IMG/VR virus record: IMGVR_UViG_3300025701_000008
DNA: 64,000 nt
Reading direction: 5' to 3' (one strand)
Source: an uncultured virus (IMG/VR IMGVR_UViG_3300025701_000008)
Lineage: Duplodnaviria; Heunggongvirae; Uroviricota; Caudoviricetes
Both the position numbers and the translations under genes were made by a program. Each line of letters opens with the position of its first letter. Position 1 is the stretch's first letter. Shown here in pieces: positions 54,331-62,713 of this stretch. Under the pieces are notes generated by a model. It was not told the DNA's origin. It ran no database searches and was given only the letters and a program-made list of their open reading frames with translations.

Positions 54331-54770
54331 GTAATAGTTTGGTCTTTTAGTGAGACAAGGGGGTCTTTCATGGCCACTCGTTTGCGGAGGTCACTGGTTG
54401 AAAATCTATGGTCTCTTTTATTAAAATATATCTCAATACCACGGGCAGCACAAGTAGCACGACCTGTAAAAGTTTTGTCTTGGTATTCTTTTCCGATGAT
54501 TCTAACATCGATATCAACCATCTTTAGAATGTCTTCCAAGTCCTTTTCGGTCTGGTACGGGATTATCTCATCCACATACTTAACTGCAGATAATTGGGTG
54601 TATCTTTCAACCAAGGTCTGAACAGGAGAGTTTTTTTCTGAGCGGTCTGTAGAAGGGTCTATCTGAAGTGCGCATATAAGGTAATCGCACTGAGTCTTCG
54701 CTTCACGTAACATTGATATGTGACCCGCATGTAATAAATCAAAGGTTGAGGCGGTAAAACCAACTTTCAT
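54327..54770 (-). CDS. Glycerol-3-phosphate cytidylyltransferase (TagD-like)
   Basis: FDLLHAGH, ER..QL.AVKYVD, RDHRFSTS. Confidence 0.85.
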   Translation of the reverse strand: MKVGFTASTFDLLHAGHISMLREAKTQCDYLICALQIDPSTDRSEKNSPVQTLVERYTQLSAVKYVDEIIPYQTEKDLEDILKMVDIDVRIIGKEYQDKTFTGRATCAARGIEIYFNKRDHRFSTSDLRKRVAMKDPLVSLKDQTIT

Positions 54771-54800
54771 AAAATAATCCTAATATAATAAAAATAAAAC

Positions 54801-54829
54801 TTGACAAACGTATGTTTATAATGTATAAT
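54801..54829 (+). promoter_or_regulatory. Consensus sigma70 promoter on the non-coding strand
   Basis: TTGACA-17-TATAAT preceded by an A-rich UP-like tract; no credible plus-strand gene downstream. Confidence 0.6.
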
Positions 54830-54861
54830 CTAGCTTGTCGACGCAGGGGTAATATAAGCAA

Positions 54862-55281
54862 TTAATGAACAATAAATCCACTCACATCAGAGTCTATTAG
54901 AGAGTAGGATTCACATTCATTAATAAAATCATCTGTTGTAATTTCATCATCAGCAATATTATTCCATTCTTCTATCTGTTTTGCCATCTCTGATAAAGCC
55001 AACTTGTATTGACCTATCATGTCCACCGTAGGTACAGCAACAGACATAATTTTATCACTCATTAACAACATTACATTTAGAGGACTATCCTGATATACCA
55101 TGAAGTTCCTGAAAGTAAAGTATTTACTACCATCACTATGAGTCTGTTCGATTAATGTGAGAGCATTGTTAAAGGTGATTGTGCGGTCGTCTTCGTCTAA
55201 TATTTCGCAGATAAGTTCTTCACCAGTAACTAATTTTAACTGTTTAAGAGAACGTTCCTTCGATGCTGTCGTCATTATCAT
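54862..55281 (-). CDS. Conserved T4-like protein downstream of uvsW
   Basis: QLKLVTGEELIC motif; acidic tail. Confidence 0.6.
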   Translation of the reverse strand: MIMTTASKERSLKQLKLVTGEELICEILDEDDRTITFNNALTLIEQTHSDGSKYFTFRNFMVYQDSPLNVMLLMSDKIMSVAVPTVDMIGQYKLALSEMAKQIEEWNNIADDEITTDDFINECESYSLIDSDVSGFIVH

Positions 55282-56773
55282 TTCCTTTAATTGGTTTCAA
55301 GTCTATAGGATATATCTTATAAGAGAACCCTTCCTTAGTATATATCTTTATTCTTTCAGCGCTATGTTTTAAAGTAAAGTTCTTATGACTATCCACATGC
55401 ATATCATCAGCGATATCAAAAAGCTTAGTAGTCCTACCATCGTCAGATTGACGTAGACCCCTGCCAATAGACTGGAGGACTTTAACTTGGGATTTGGATG
55501 GAGTCGCGAATATGATATTATGCAAATTGCGGATGTTGATGCCAGTGCTGAAAGTCCCAAGAGAAGCAACAATAATAGAATCATTTTGTTTTTCTACAAT
55601 ACCTCGTATTTGTTCACGATTCGAGGCATCGACCTCCCCTGATACATAAAATACCTTACGGTTTTCATCTACTAGGTTTCGAATCATCTCATATAATACC
55701 TTTCCATGTTTCTCGACAAATTGAAACATTACTAGGGTATTCCCTTTTTGGTCGATTGCAAGCTTACTTATAAACTTATTACGTGGTTCATATCGGACAA
55801 TATAGTCCAGTTCATCCTGATAATTATATTCTCTCACCATATTACATACATCATTATGATAACGCATTAATAGAATTGAGATGTCAAGTTCAGCAAGTTG
55901 TTTACTCTTTTGTAATGCCACAGTACTAGTCACCGTAAAGGTCGGGCCGAATAAACCTTCTAACACCAATTTGTTAGTTTCCGTACCATCCAGTGTCCCC
56001 GTTAACCCAAAACGATATCTGGCGTTAGTACACTTATCCATCATTGTGGTTAATGACTTTGCTTTGAAAAGATGTACTTCATCCCCAAAGACAGTTTCGA
56101 ATTGTTCAAACCATTCATGACCAAACTTATATATTGACTGCCATGTTGATATGATAATACGTTTATCAGTGACTTTCTCTTTACCAGAGTATATGCGGTG
56201 GCAGTACTTGTCAACATCATATCCATAATCTTCAAAGTCTTTATACATCTGTTCTACCAAAGATGTGGTAGGGACAATTACTAATATATTACCATCAGTG
56301 GCCTCTAGGGCGTAACGCATCAAGTTATAAATGATAAACGACTTACCACTACCTGTAGGGGATAATAGAATAGAACGGTAGTTTTCTATACCATGAGCGA
56401 TTGCTTTGTATTGATAATCTCTAGGCTCATATGGACTACCTAGTGATGACAGAAATTTAACTAACGTTGGGTGGTCAACATCGTCTTTTGCGCTTGGTAT
56501 TCCATAAACTTCATGTTCAAGTATTTCTAACTTATAGAATCTATCCGCACAGAAACGACGTAAGTGACTATACAGCCCAACGTTCATTTGTTTGGTCACT
56601 GAGTTAAAAAGTTTTACTTTACCGTCCCAAACTTTACGTTTAAAGGCGGGCATAAATTTGTGGCCAGGCACGAAGAAAGAGAAATACTCTCTTAATTCGT
56701 TTTCCTGTGCGGGATGAGCCTCGACCATGAAATGGGAGTGATCCTTCATCCTAATTCTTATTTTATTATCCAC
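55244..56773 (-). CDS. uvsW: SF2 helicase UvsW
   Basis: SPTGSGKS, DEVH, TGT, FSTGINI, QSIGRGLR. Confidence 0.95.
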   Translation of the reverse strand: MDNKIRIRMKDHSHFMVEAHPAQENELREYFSFFVPGHKFMPAFKRKVWDGKVKLFNSVTKQMNVGLYSHLRRFCADRFYKLEILEHEVYGIPSAKDDVDHPTLVKFLSSLGSPYEPRDYQYKAIAHGIENYRSILLSPTGSGKSFIIYNLMRYALEATDGNILVIVPTTSLVEQMYKDFEDYGYDVDKYCHRIYSGKEKVTDKRIIISTWQSIYKFGHEWFEQFETVFGDEVHLFKAKSLTTMMDKCTNARYRFGLTGTLDGTETNKLVLEGLFGPTFTVTSTVALQKSKQLAELDISILLMRYHNDVCNMVREYNYQDELDYIVRYEPRNKFISKLAIDQKGNTLVMFQFVEKHGKVLYEMIRNLVDENRKVFYVSGEVDASNREQIRGIVEKQNDSIIVASLGTFSTGINIRNLHNIIFATPSKSQVKVLQSIGRGLRQSDDGRTTKLFDIADDMHVDSHKNFTLKHSAERIKIYTKEGFSYKIYPIDLKPIKGNDNDDSIEGTFS

Positions 56774-57212
56774 CGGCCTCGAACTTTCTCCACTCTATAA
56801 TATTTTTTATTGTTTGATGACGCCATTTTAACGTATCCACGATGCTACTTAGGGTTTCTGTAAGTGTCTTATGATACGCAATCAGTTCTTCGGACTTTTG
56901 AATTTCGGGGTCTGAATCATAATATAGATCCATATCACCTTTTAGTACTTTTAGACCATTGAATGGGTCTAAGTCCCATCCAGTGGCACGTAGTTCTTGT
57001 TCATCCATCTTTCCGTTATAGTACAACCACTTTTGTTTAAGTAATGTTTTTTGGTTATTTTCACTACGTTTAAGTTGTAACTTGGCGAGTGCGTGATATT
57101 GTAAGTACTTCGCGTGAAGTGATGGGGTTTGACGGGATACCTCATCCAATTGATGTTGAGGTATAGCGCAGTCTTCTTCCCATTCTTTTAGAATGTTTTC
57201 TAGATTAATCAT
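56766..57212 (-). CDS. uvsY: Recombination mediator UvsY
   Basis: LHAKYL, YYNG, IKNIIEWRKFEAG. Confidence 0.9.
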   Translation of the reverse strand: MINLENILKEWEEDCAIPQHQLDEVSRQTPSLHAKYLQYHALAKLQLKRSENNQKTLLKQKWLYYNGKMDEQELRATGWDLDPFNGLKVLKGDMDLYYDSDPEIQKSEELIAYHKTLTETLSSIVDTLKWRHQTIKNIIEWRKFEAGG

Positions 57213-57248
57213 TATATAGTGCCTTGTAGTGGGTAATACGGTATTATA

Positions 57249-57896
57249 TCACGGGTTGGTGATATAGTCAATACAATCTTCCCAATATTGCTCATCATGT
57301 CCTAGTACATAGGATAGTGTCATTCTATAGCAATTGGTTCTTGCTGCGTGATACACCACATCTCCGGAGCCATATGCGCCAAAGTGTCCTGCCTTCAAGT
57401 TCCAACCTTTTTCGTCTTGTATAGTAATCACTTCCTGTGTCACGGGGTCTATATACTTAAACCAACCATCACCATCTTGCGACCAAGTGAATATAAGATT
57501 ATGTTGTGATGCGTTGGCGTTATTGTGCCAACCGATAAACCCATCAGGTGGGTATAATGTTGATAATGCGCTACTACCCAAACCAAGTTCTGTTTTTAAC
57601 GCCTTATCTAATTCTTGCCAAGTTTTTTTATATTCAGAAGGATGAGGGCCGTTATAGTGGTCTGGTTTAATAGGATAACATACCGAGTTTTCAGCAGCAC
57701 CATTATGTCTTTCACCTAAATCAATTATACGATTCATTTCATCTTCACCAGTAAAATGATCGGCCATACCGACTTGATGATAATTCATCATTTCATTTGT
57801 CTGTTCTGGTTGATATAATTCTCTATAGGTGTATCTAAAATCCTCGAGTATTTCAAGTACTCTTGTATTCTTTATATCAAATTTTTGTAAACTCAT
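57249..57896 (-). CDS. 2OG-Fe(II) oxygenase-like protein (HxN variant), paralog of 29505..30185
   Basis: YPPDGFIGWHNN...YHAA...RMTL. Confidence 0.6.
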   Translation of the reverse strand: MSLQKFDIKNTRVLEILEDFRYTYRELYQPEQTNEMMNYHQVGMADHFTGEDEMNRIIDLGERHNGAAENSVCYPIKPDHYNGPHPSEYKKTWQELDKALKTELGLGSSALSTLYPPDGFIGWHNNANASQHNLIFTWSQDGDGWFKYIDPVTQEVITIQDEKGWNLKAGHFGAYGSGDVVYHAARTNCYRMTLSYVLGHDEQYWEDCIDYITNP

Positions 57897-58363
57897 AAAA
57901 TCTCAAAATCACTAAATCTAAATGTCGCATCAAATGTTATAAAAGAAGTATCTCCCGTAGTGGAGGTAAATTCTATACCACTAACTTGTGTGGGGACACA
58001 GTTCTTGTACCTGATACGCGTATTCTCATTATTATGGCTTGATAATATAATCAAGGTAATATCGTTATATAGTGTGGAATTATCTGACTCTAATACAGTT
58101 CTTTCCAACCATCCCTGCATCTCTTTATATGCTGTCATATCTTCATCAACAATCAAGTTTATTGATAATTCTGAATATGTGATTTTAGAACCAGTTAGTG
58201 GGATTGCGTTAACTTTAGGTATAGGAAAGTCCAGTGCGTCAACACTTGCGCCTGGATGCTGTACTGATTGTGCAAAGAACTCTAAGTTAGCATAGTTATC
58301 TTTATCGATGATAACTCTAAACCCACTGGGCTGTAAGAAGTTCTTATTGTTTGTAATTGCCAT
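57893..58363 (-). CDS. 3: Tail tube terminator gp3
   Basis: NFLQPSGF, FFAQSV..PG, FxVDED-like LIVDEDM..Y.E...W. Confidence 0.8.
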   Translation of the reverse strand: MAITNNKNFLQPSGFRVIIDKDNYANLEFFAQSVQHPGASVDALDFPIPKVNAIPLTGSKITYSELSINLIVDEDMTAYKEMQGWLERTVLESDNSTLYNDITLIILSSHNNENTRIRYKNCVPTQVSGIEFTSTTGDTSFITFDATFRFSDFEIL

Positions 58364-58383
58364 GATATCTCCGTGTGTCATCG

Positions 58384-58391
58384 TATTTATA
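58384..58391 (-). promoter_or_regulatory. T4 late promoter (second copy at 58434-58441)
   Basis: Two TATAAATA boxes 50 bp apart upstream of g3. Confidence 0.7.
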
Positions 58392-58461
58392 CGAGAAATA
58401 ATTACCATCCTTGGTCGACGTTCTCCTTGTATGTATTTATATTAGTGTTAATTACACCCAT

Positions 58462-58489
58462 AAAAAAAAGGGAGACTCGAAAGTCTCCC
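58462..58489 (-). terminator. Terminator after g23
   Basis: GGGAGACT-TTCG-AGTCTCCC followed by T8. Confidence 0.85.
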
Positions 58490-58546
58490 CTTAAAATGAT
58501 CGTTAAAACGATTCTTTTTGTATTACCTTTTCAGGTAACAACACCC

Positions 58547-59857
58547 TTATGCAAGGATATTGTCAACGCGGAAAATTCTGTAATATTGGTTAGTACCGGC
58601 AGCAGCAAGACCAGATGCTGGAGTAGATCCAACGAATGGGTTAGACGCCATACCGTAACGAGTTTTAAACCCGATACGTGGTTGGAAGTCATTCTCGCCA
58701 ACAGCTTTAACCATTTGTAATGGAACATATGGGCAATAGAAAACACCAGCGTCATATGCGTTAGTACCTTTATAACCTACAGTGATGTAGTCTGCTTGAG
58801 CATACGGGTCGATATATACTTTCAAACGACCGTTTAATGTACCGGCAAAAGTGTTACCTGTATCATCAACTTGTAAACCAGTAGACATTGCTGGAGAGTA
58901 ATCAAGCATACCAGAAGCGGCAAGAGCAGTCGCTACGTCAGAAGAACAGATAACAACGTTACCTTTACCACGACGAGTTTCTTTTGCGATTACGTTCGCT
59001 TCACGGTCTAATTGTACTACTAGACCTTTGAATTTCTCAGCAGACCAACGACCATCAGCATCAGATGATAAGTCGAAGACACCAGCGTTGGCAACGTTAG
59101 ACTGTTGCGCACCAAGTTTCGCTTGAGAGTTGATTGTACGAACTACTTCACGGTTAATTTCCGCAAGGATTTCAGTAGAAAGGATGTTCGCCAATTCAGT
59201 TTCAGCGTCAAGACCGTGGATTGCTTTTAAGTCTTGTGCCAATTCCAACGAGTACTCAGCTTTAAGAGCGCGTGACTGTGCAGTTACAGTCGCTTTCTCA
59301 ATTGTGAAACCCATTTCTGCGAAATCTCCACCAGTGTTACCTAGTGATTCAGCAACAGAAGTTGCCATTGGCTTACCAGTTAGGTCAGTATCACGACCTG
59401 TACCAGTTGCGCCGTCAAAACCAGACATACCAGAACCGTCAGAAGACTTAGTAGAACCGTCGCCAGAGAAACCAGTATCCGCTTCACCGAAGAATGCTTC
59501 AGGATTAGCAGTATCACCGCCTTCGTAACGTGATTTCATCGCGAAGATAAGACCAGTTGGGCCAGACATTGGTTGTACACCACAAACGTCATATGCCATC
59601 AAGTTAGGCATCGCACGACGTACTAAAGAGATAAGAACCGGATCCCATGTACCGACAGAACCAGTGTTGTTACCCGCAGTTTCTGTTAGTGAACCGAAAC
59701 CAGCGTTCTGTGCGCGTTCTTCAGAAAGAGCACGTTCTTGGTTTTCTAGTACTGCAGCAGTTACTGCTTTACGTTGGTGATCCATAATTTGACCAGCAGA
59801 TTCTTCGTTAAGAACTGGTGACCATTTTTCGATAAGAGTATCGTATGATTGTTGCAT
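58547..59857 (-). CDS. 23: Major capsid protein gp23
   Basis: LVRRAMPNL.AYD.CGVQPM.GPTG, ELAQDLKAIHGLDAE, GFKTRYG. Confidence 0.98.
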   Translation of the reverse strand: MQQSYDTLIEKWSPVLNEESAGQIMDHQRKAVTAAVLENQERALSEERAQNAGFGSLTETAGNNTGSVGTWDPVLISLVRRAMPNLMAYDVCGVQPMSGPTGLIFAMKSRYEGGDTANPEAFFGEADTGFSGDGSTKSSDGSGMSGFDGATGTGRDTDLTGKPMATSVAESLGNTGGDFAEMGFTIEKATVTAQSRALKAEYSLELAQDLKAIHGLDAETELANILSTEILAEINREVVRTINSQAKLGAQQSNVANAGVFDLSSDADGRWSAEKFKGLVVQLDREANVIAKETRRGKGNVVICSSDVATALAASGMLDYSPAMSTGLQVDDTGNTFAGTLNGRLKVYIDPYAQADYITVGYKGTNAYDAGVFYCPYVPLQMVKAVGENDFQPRIGFKTRYGMASNPFVGSTPASGLAAAGTNQYYRIFRVDNILA

Positions 59858-59874
59858 GATAGTATTCCTTAAAA

Positions 59875-60924
59875 TTATTTTTTAGAAGTTTTACGTAGAG
59901 CGTCCAAGTAACCTTCCATCATAGATGAAACTTCTACTTCGATTTCGGCGTCGTCAGACAATACTGACTCATCGATTTGCTCTGGGATTTCTTTAGAGAA
60001 GTAAGATGCTTTGATTGTAGCGATCTTTTTAACGAAGGTTTCTTCGCAATCAAAGTCTACATTCTCAACAAGTGATTTTAATTTCTCTGCTTGAGTGTCT
60101 GCGAGTCCACGAGATGCTTCAGCGATAATAGTATTACGCTTATAAGTTTCAAGTTCTTCCGCAAGTGCGATAGCGTCACCAGTAGTAGAGTTAAGTTTTT
60201 CTTCTAACTCATCAACCTGTGATGCCAATTCGTCAACTAGGTCAACCTTGGTTTCAGGAACTTCAACATAAGATTCTACGAATAGGTCTTTCATTGACGA
60301 CATAAAGTTTTCTGCGATTTCAGTACGGAGACCGTTCTGGATTGCTAACTGATTGTCTTCCATCCAAGTTTCAACTACATAGTTTAGGTAAGAATCTACT
60401 TTTCCAACTAAGTCCGTCTTAATAGACGAGACTGCTTCGGATAGTTCTTCTTGATATTGTTCTTCGAGACGAGTAACTTCTTCACTAAGCTTGGTATTAA
60501 CCGCTGCTTCGAAAATAATTGCTGTTTTCTCTTTGAACTCTTCTGATAGAGTTGCCTCACCATCGACGATAGCAGATAACTCAGCACGAGTATCAGTAAA
60601 GTCTTCGGCGATATCTTCTAGGTCAACACCTTCACATACCTTGGCATATGCTGCTTGCAAATCACCTTTCTTCATTTTTGAAGCGGCTTTATACATTGCG
60701 TTCAACATTCCTGCTTTGGTTTTTGGTAGAGAGGCTTTGCTTGTTGCGTCTGCCGCTTTATCCACAGATGCAATTGACTCTGGCTCAGAAACTTCCTGAC
60801 CGTCTGTCGATGCGCCTTTAGACACAGGAGCTTTTGCTTCTCCGAGAGTTTCCTCCACGATTTCGTTAGTATCAACATCAATATCGCGGATTTCAACTTC
60901 GACTTCTTTGTTAAGATTAGTCAT
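59875..60924 (-). CDS. 22: Prohead scaffold gp22
   Basis: LSEEFKEK...IFEAAV, YLNYVVE.W; synteny. Confidence 0.92.
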   Translation of the reverse strand: MTNLNKEVEVEIRDIDVDTNEIVEETLGEAKAPVSKGASTDGQEVSEPESIASVDKAADATSKASLPKTKAGMLNAMYKAASKMKKGDLQAAYAKVCEGVDLEDIAEDFTDTRAELSAIVDGEATLSEEFKEKTAIIFEAAVNTKLSEEVTRLEEQYQEELSEAVSSIKTDLVGKVDSYLNYVVETWMEDNQLAIQNGLRTEIAENFMSSMKDLFVESYVEVPETKVDLVDELASQVDELEEKLNSTTGDAIALAEELETYKRNTIIAEASRGLADTQAEKLKSLVENVDFDCEETFVKKIATIKASYFSKEIPEQIDESVLSDDAEIEVEVSSMMEGYLDALRKTSKK

Positions 60925-60934
60925 AGATGACTCC

Positions 60935-61594
60935 TTATAGTTTAGATTTGATTAACGAGAGGAAATTCTTAAACTCACGAATCTGCACTTCTGGACGAAT
61001 TGCAGCGGGTGCTTGTTTGATTTCAGTCTCTATCTTTTCAATTGCTTGAGGTGTAAGAATACCATTATCCCAGACCCAGTCTACACCTTCCATGATACCG
61101 TTAACAAAGGCATCAGGTGCGGAGGGGTCTTGTACTATATCAATAGTACTAAGAATAAAGTCATCTTTGACGTAGTTCACGCCATTTCTTGTCTCAAGAC
61201 TTCCCATACCACGAGTTGACACTCCTAGTTGAACACCACCCTCAAGTAGACCTTTTACAATCTTACCCATTGGAGTATCCAATATTTGTGCCCTTCCAAT
61301 CACATTATTACCTTCAATTTTTAATTCGGTAATAAGGTGTGAAACTTTATCCAAGTTAACAGTTGGGCCTTCCGGATGATTTAACTCACCGACTGCTCTC
61401 TTTTTGCTAACTTGTTCTGTAACGTACTTGTTTACAGCGTTTTCCATAATTGCTTTAGGGTAAACACGTCCGTTTCTATTCTTTTGGTCAGCTTGTGCGA
61501 ACACACCTTCAATAACATAGTTCTTCTCGCCATTATCTTTGGCTTCAACAATGCATTCTAAGTTAGTTTCTGTAAATTCGCTAATTAGCTTCAT
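60935..61594 (-). CDS. 21: Prohead protease gp21
   Basis: NRNGRVY, GELNHP, GVSTRGMGS, DPSAPDA. Confidence 0.95.
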   Translation of the reverse strand: MKLISEFTETNLECIVEAKDNGEKNYVIEGVFAQADQKNRNGRVYPKAIMENAVNKYVTEQVSKKRAVGELNHPEGPTVNLDKVSHLITELKIEGNNVIGRAQILDTPMGKIVKGLLEGGVQLGVSTRGMGSLETRNGVNYVKDDFILSTIDIVQDPSAPDAFVNGIMEGVDWVWDNGILTPQAIEKIETEIKQAPAAIRPEVQIREFKNFLSLIKSKL

Positions 61595-61785
61595 TTTATT
61601 TTTCCTAAGTCCTTTAAGACTTGTTTCGCAGTTAACTCTGCCTCTTTTTGTGTACTGAAAGAATCTACACGGTCGCCATCAATTTCAAGTTCGAAACCTT
61701 TCGAGCTTTTAGTGATAACTACAGGATAACCCCCCATCTTCTTATTGAAGACTTTATTTTCTCTTAGTTGGTTAAATTTTTTCAT
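61591..61785 (-). CDS. gp68-like prohead core protein (by synteny)
   Basis: MKKFNQLRE start after GAGGA; directly upstream of g21. Confidence 0.55.
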   Translation of the reverse strand: MKKFNQLRENKVFNKKMGGYPVVITKSSKGFELEIDGDRVDSFSTQKEAELTAKQVLKDLGKIK

Positions 61786-61802
61786 TACATCCTCTTTTGT
61801 AT

Positions 61803-61810
61803 TATTTATA
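61803..61810 (-). promoter_or_regulatory. T4 late promoter
   Basis: TATAAATA upstream of g68-21-22-23. Confidence 0.75.
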
Positions 61811-61822
61811 CAAAAAGTATTT

Positions 61823-62464
61823 TTAGGAATACAATCTCTTAGTACTACCCCATTGTTGTTCGGCATATATCTTTCCATTACCCTTATATGGTGTGGAACG
61901 AACTGAATAATGACGAGGTATCGTGTAATGAGATGGCCAGATAGTCAACTTATGTTTCTCCTTATCAGGTACAAATTGTGAAAGAAATTCATTACCTGTG
62001 GATTGCCATGGTTTTAAACTAAGTTGTTCTGGAGTTAATTCATGTAGTGTATCTATCAATAATTTAACGAATGTATTTCCCGCGTTACATGCCTGAACTG
62101 GTGATATCCAGTTAGGTGCTATATGTGGGTCACGGTCATTCTCGAATATACTATATGCGTAATCAGGGGGACTTGTGAATACCTCATCCATGTTATGATA
62201 ACATATTGCGTCTGCTGGTGGTAGAAACCCACCGTCTTCATACAATAGTTCATAACGTATAAGGTCTGCCACACCCGCCCATACTTTATTGGTATAATAA
62301 TAATCAATGAGATGCTGATTATGCCACTTACGTGCTTTCAACATCTCATCAGTAAATATACTATATTCCCAATCCGGATGTTTGTCTTTCCAACTAGGCA
62401 TCCATTGAGTAGGTGGTTCATATGGGCCTATCCATATATGAACCATCTTTTTCCTAATATTCAT
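61823..62464 (-). CDS. GT32-like (Gly_transf_sug) glycosyltransferase inserted in the head module
   Basis: IRKKMVHIWIG, SW...HPDWEY, ADLIRYELLY..GG, STG. Confidence 0.75.
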   Translation of the reverse strand: MNIRKKMVHIWIGPYEPPTQWMPSWKDKHPDWEYSIFTDEMLKARKWHNQHLIDYYYTNKVWAGVADLIRYELLYEDGGFLPPADAICYHNMDEVFTSPPDYAYSIFENDRDPHIAPNWISPVQACNAGNTFVKLLIDTLHELTPEQLSLKPWQSTGNEFLSQFVPDKEKHKLTIWPSHYTIPRHYSVRSTPYKGNGKIYAEQQWGSTKRLYS

Positions 62465-62712
62465 TATTCAGAATCTTCGTCTTCTTCATAGTCGTCGTCG
62501 ATATCTGTGTCATATGGTTCTTCACCATTAAAAATCTGTCCAGCTACCGCAATTTTCTCAGCGTCTAATGTAGATTGTACTTTATCACCGAGCATATCAT
62601 CAAATAACGACTTGGCAGAAGTAAAATCTCCTACCTCTAACGCATTGACAAAGTCTAATGCAGGATCTGCTTGTTCATTATTTTCATTTACTAAATTTGT
62701 TTCTTCAATCAT
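62464..62712 (-). CDS. gp67-like acidic prohead core protein (by synteny)
   Basis: Acidic 82 aa ORF immediately after g20. Confidence 0.6.
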   Translation of the reverse strand: MIEETNLVNENNEQADPALDFVNALEVGDFTSAKSLFDDMLGDKVQSTLDAEKIAVAGQIFNGEEPYDTDIDDDYEEDEDSE

Positions 62713-62713
62713 T

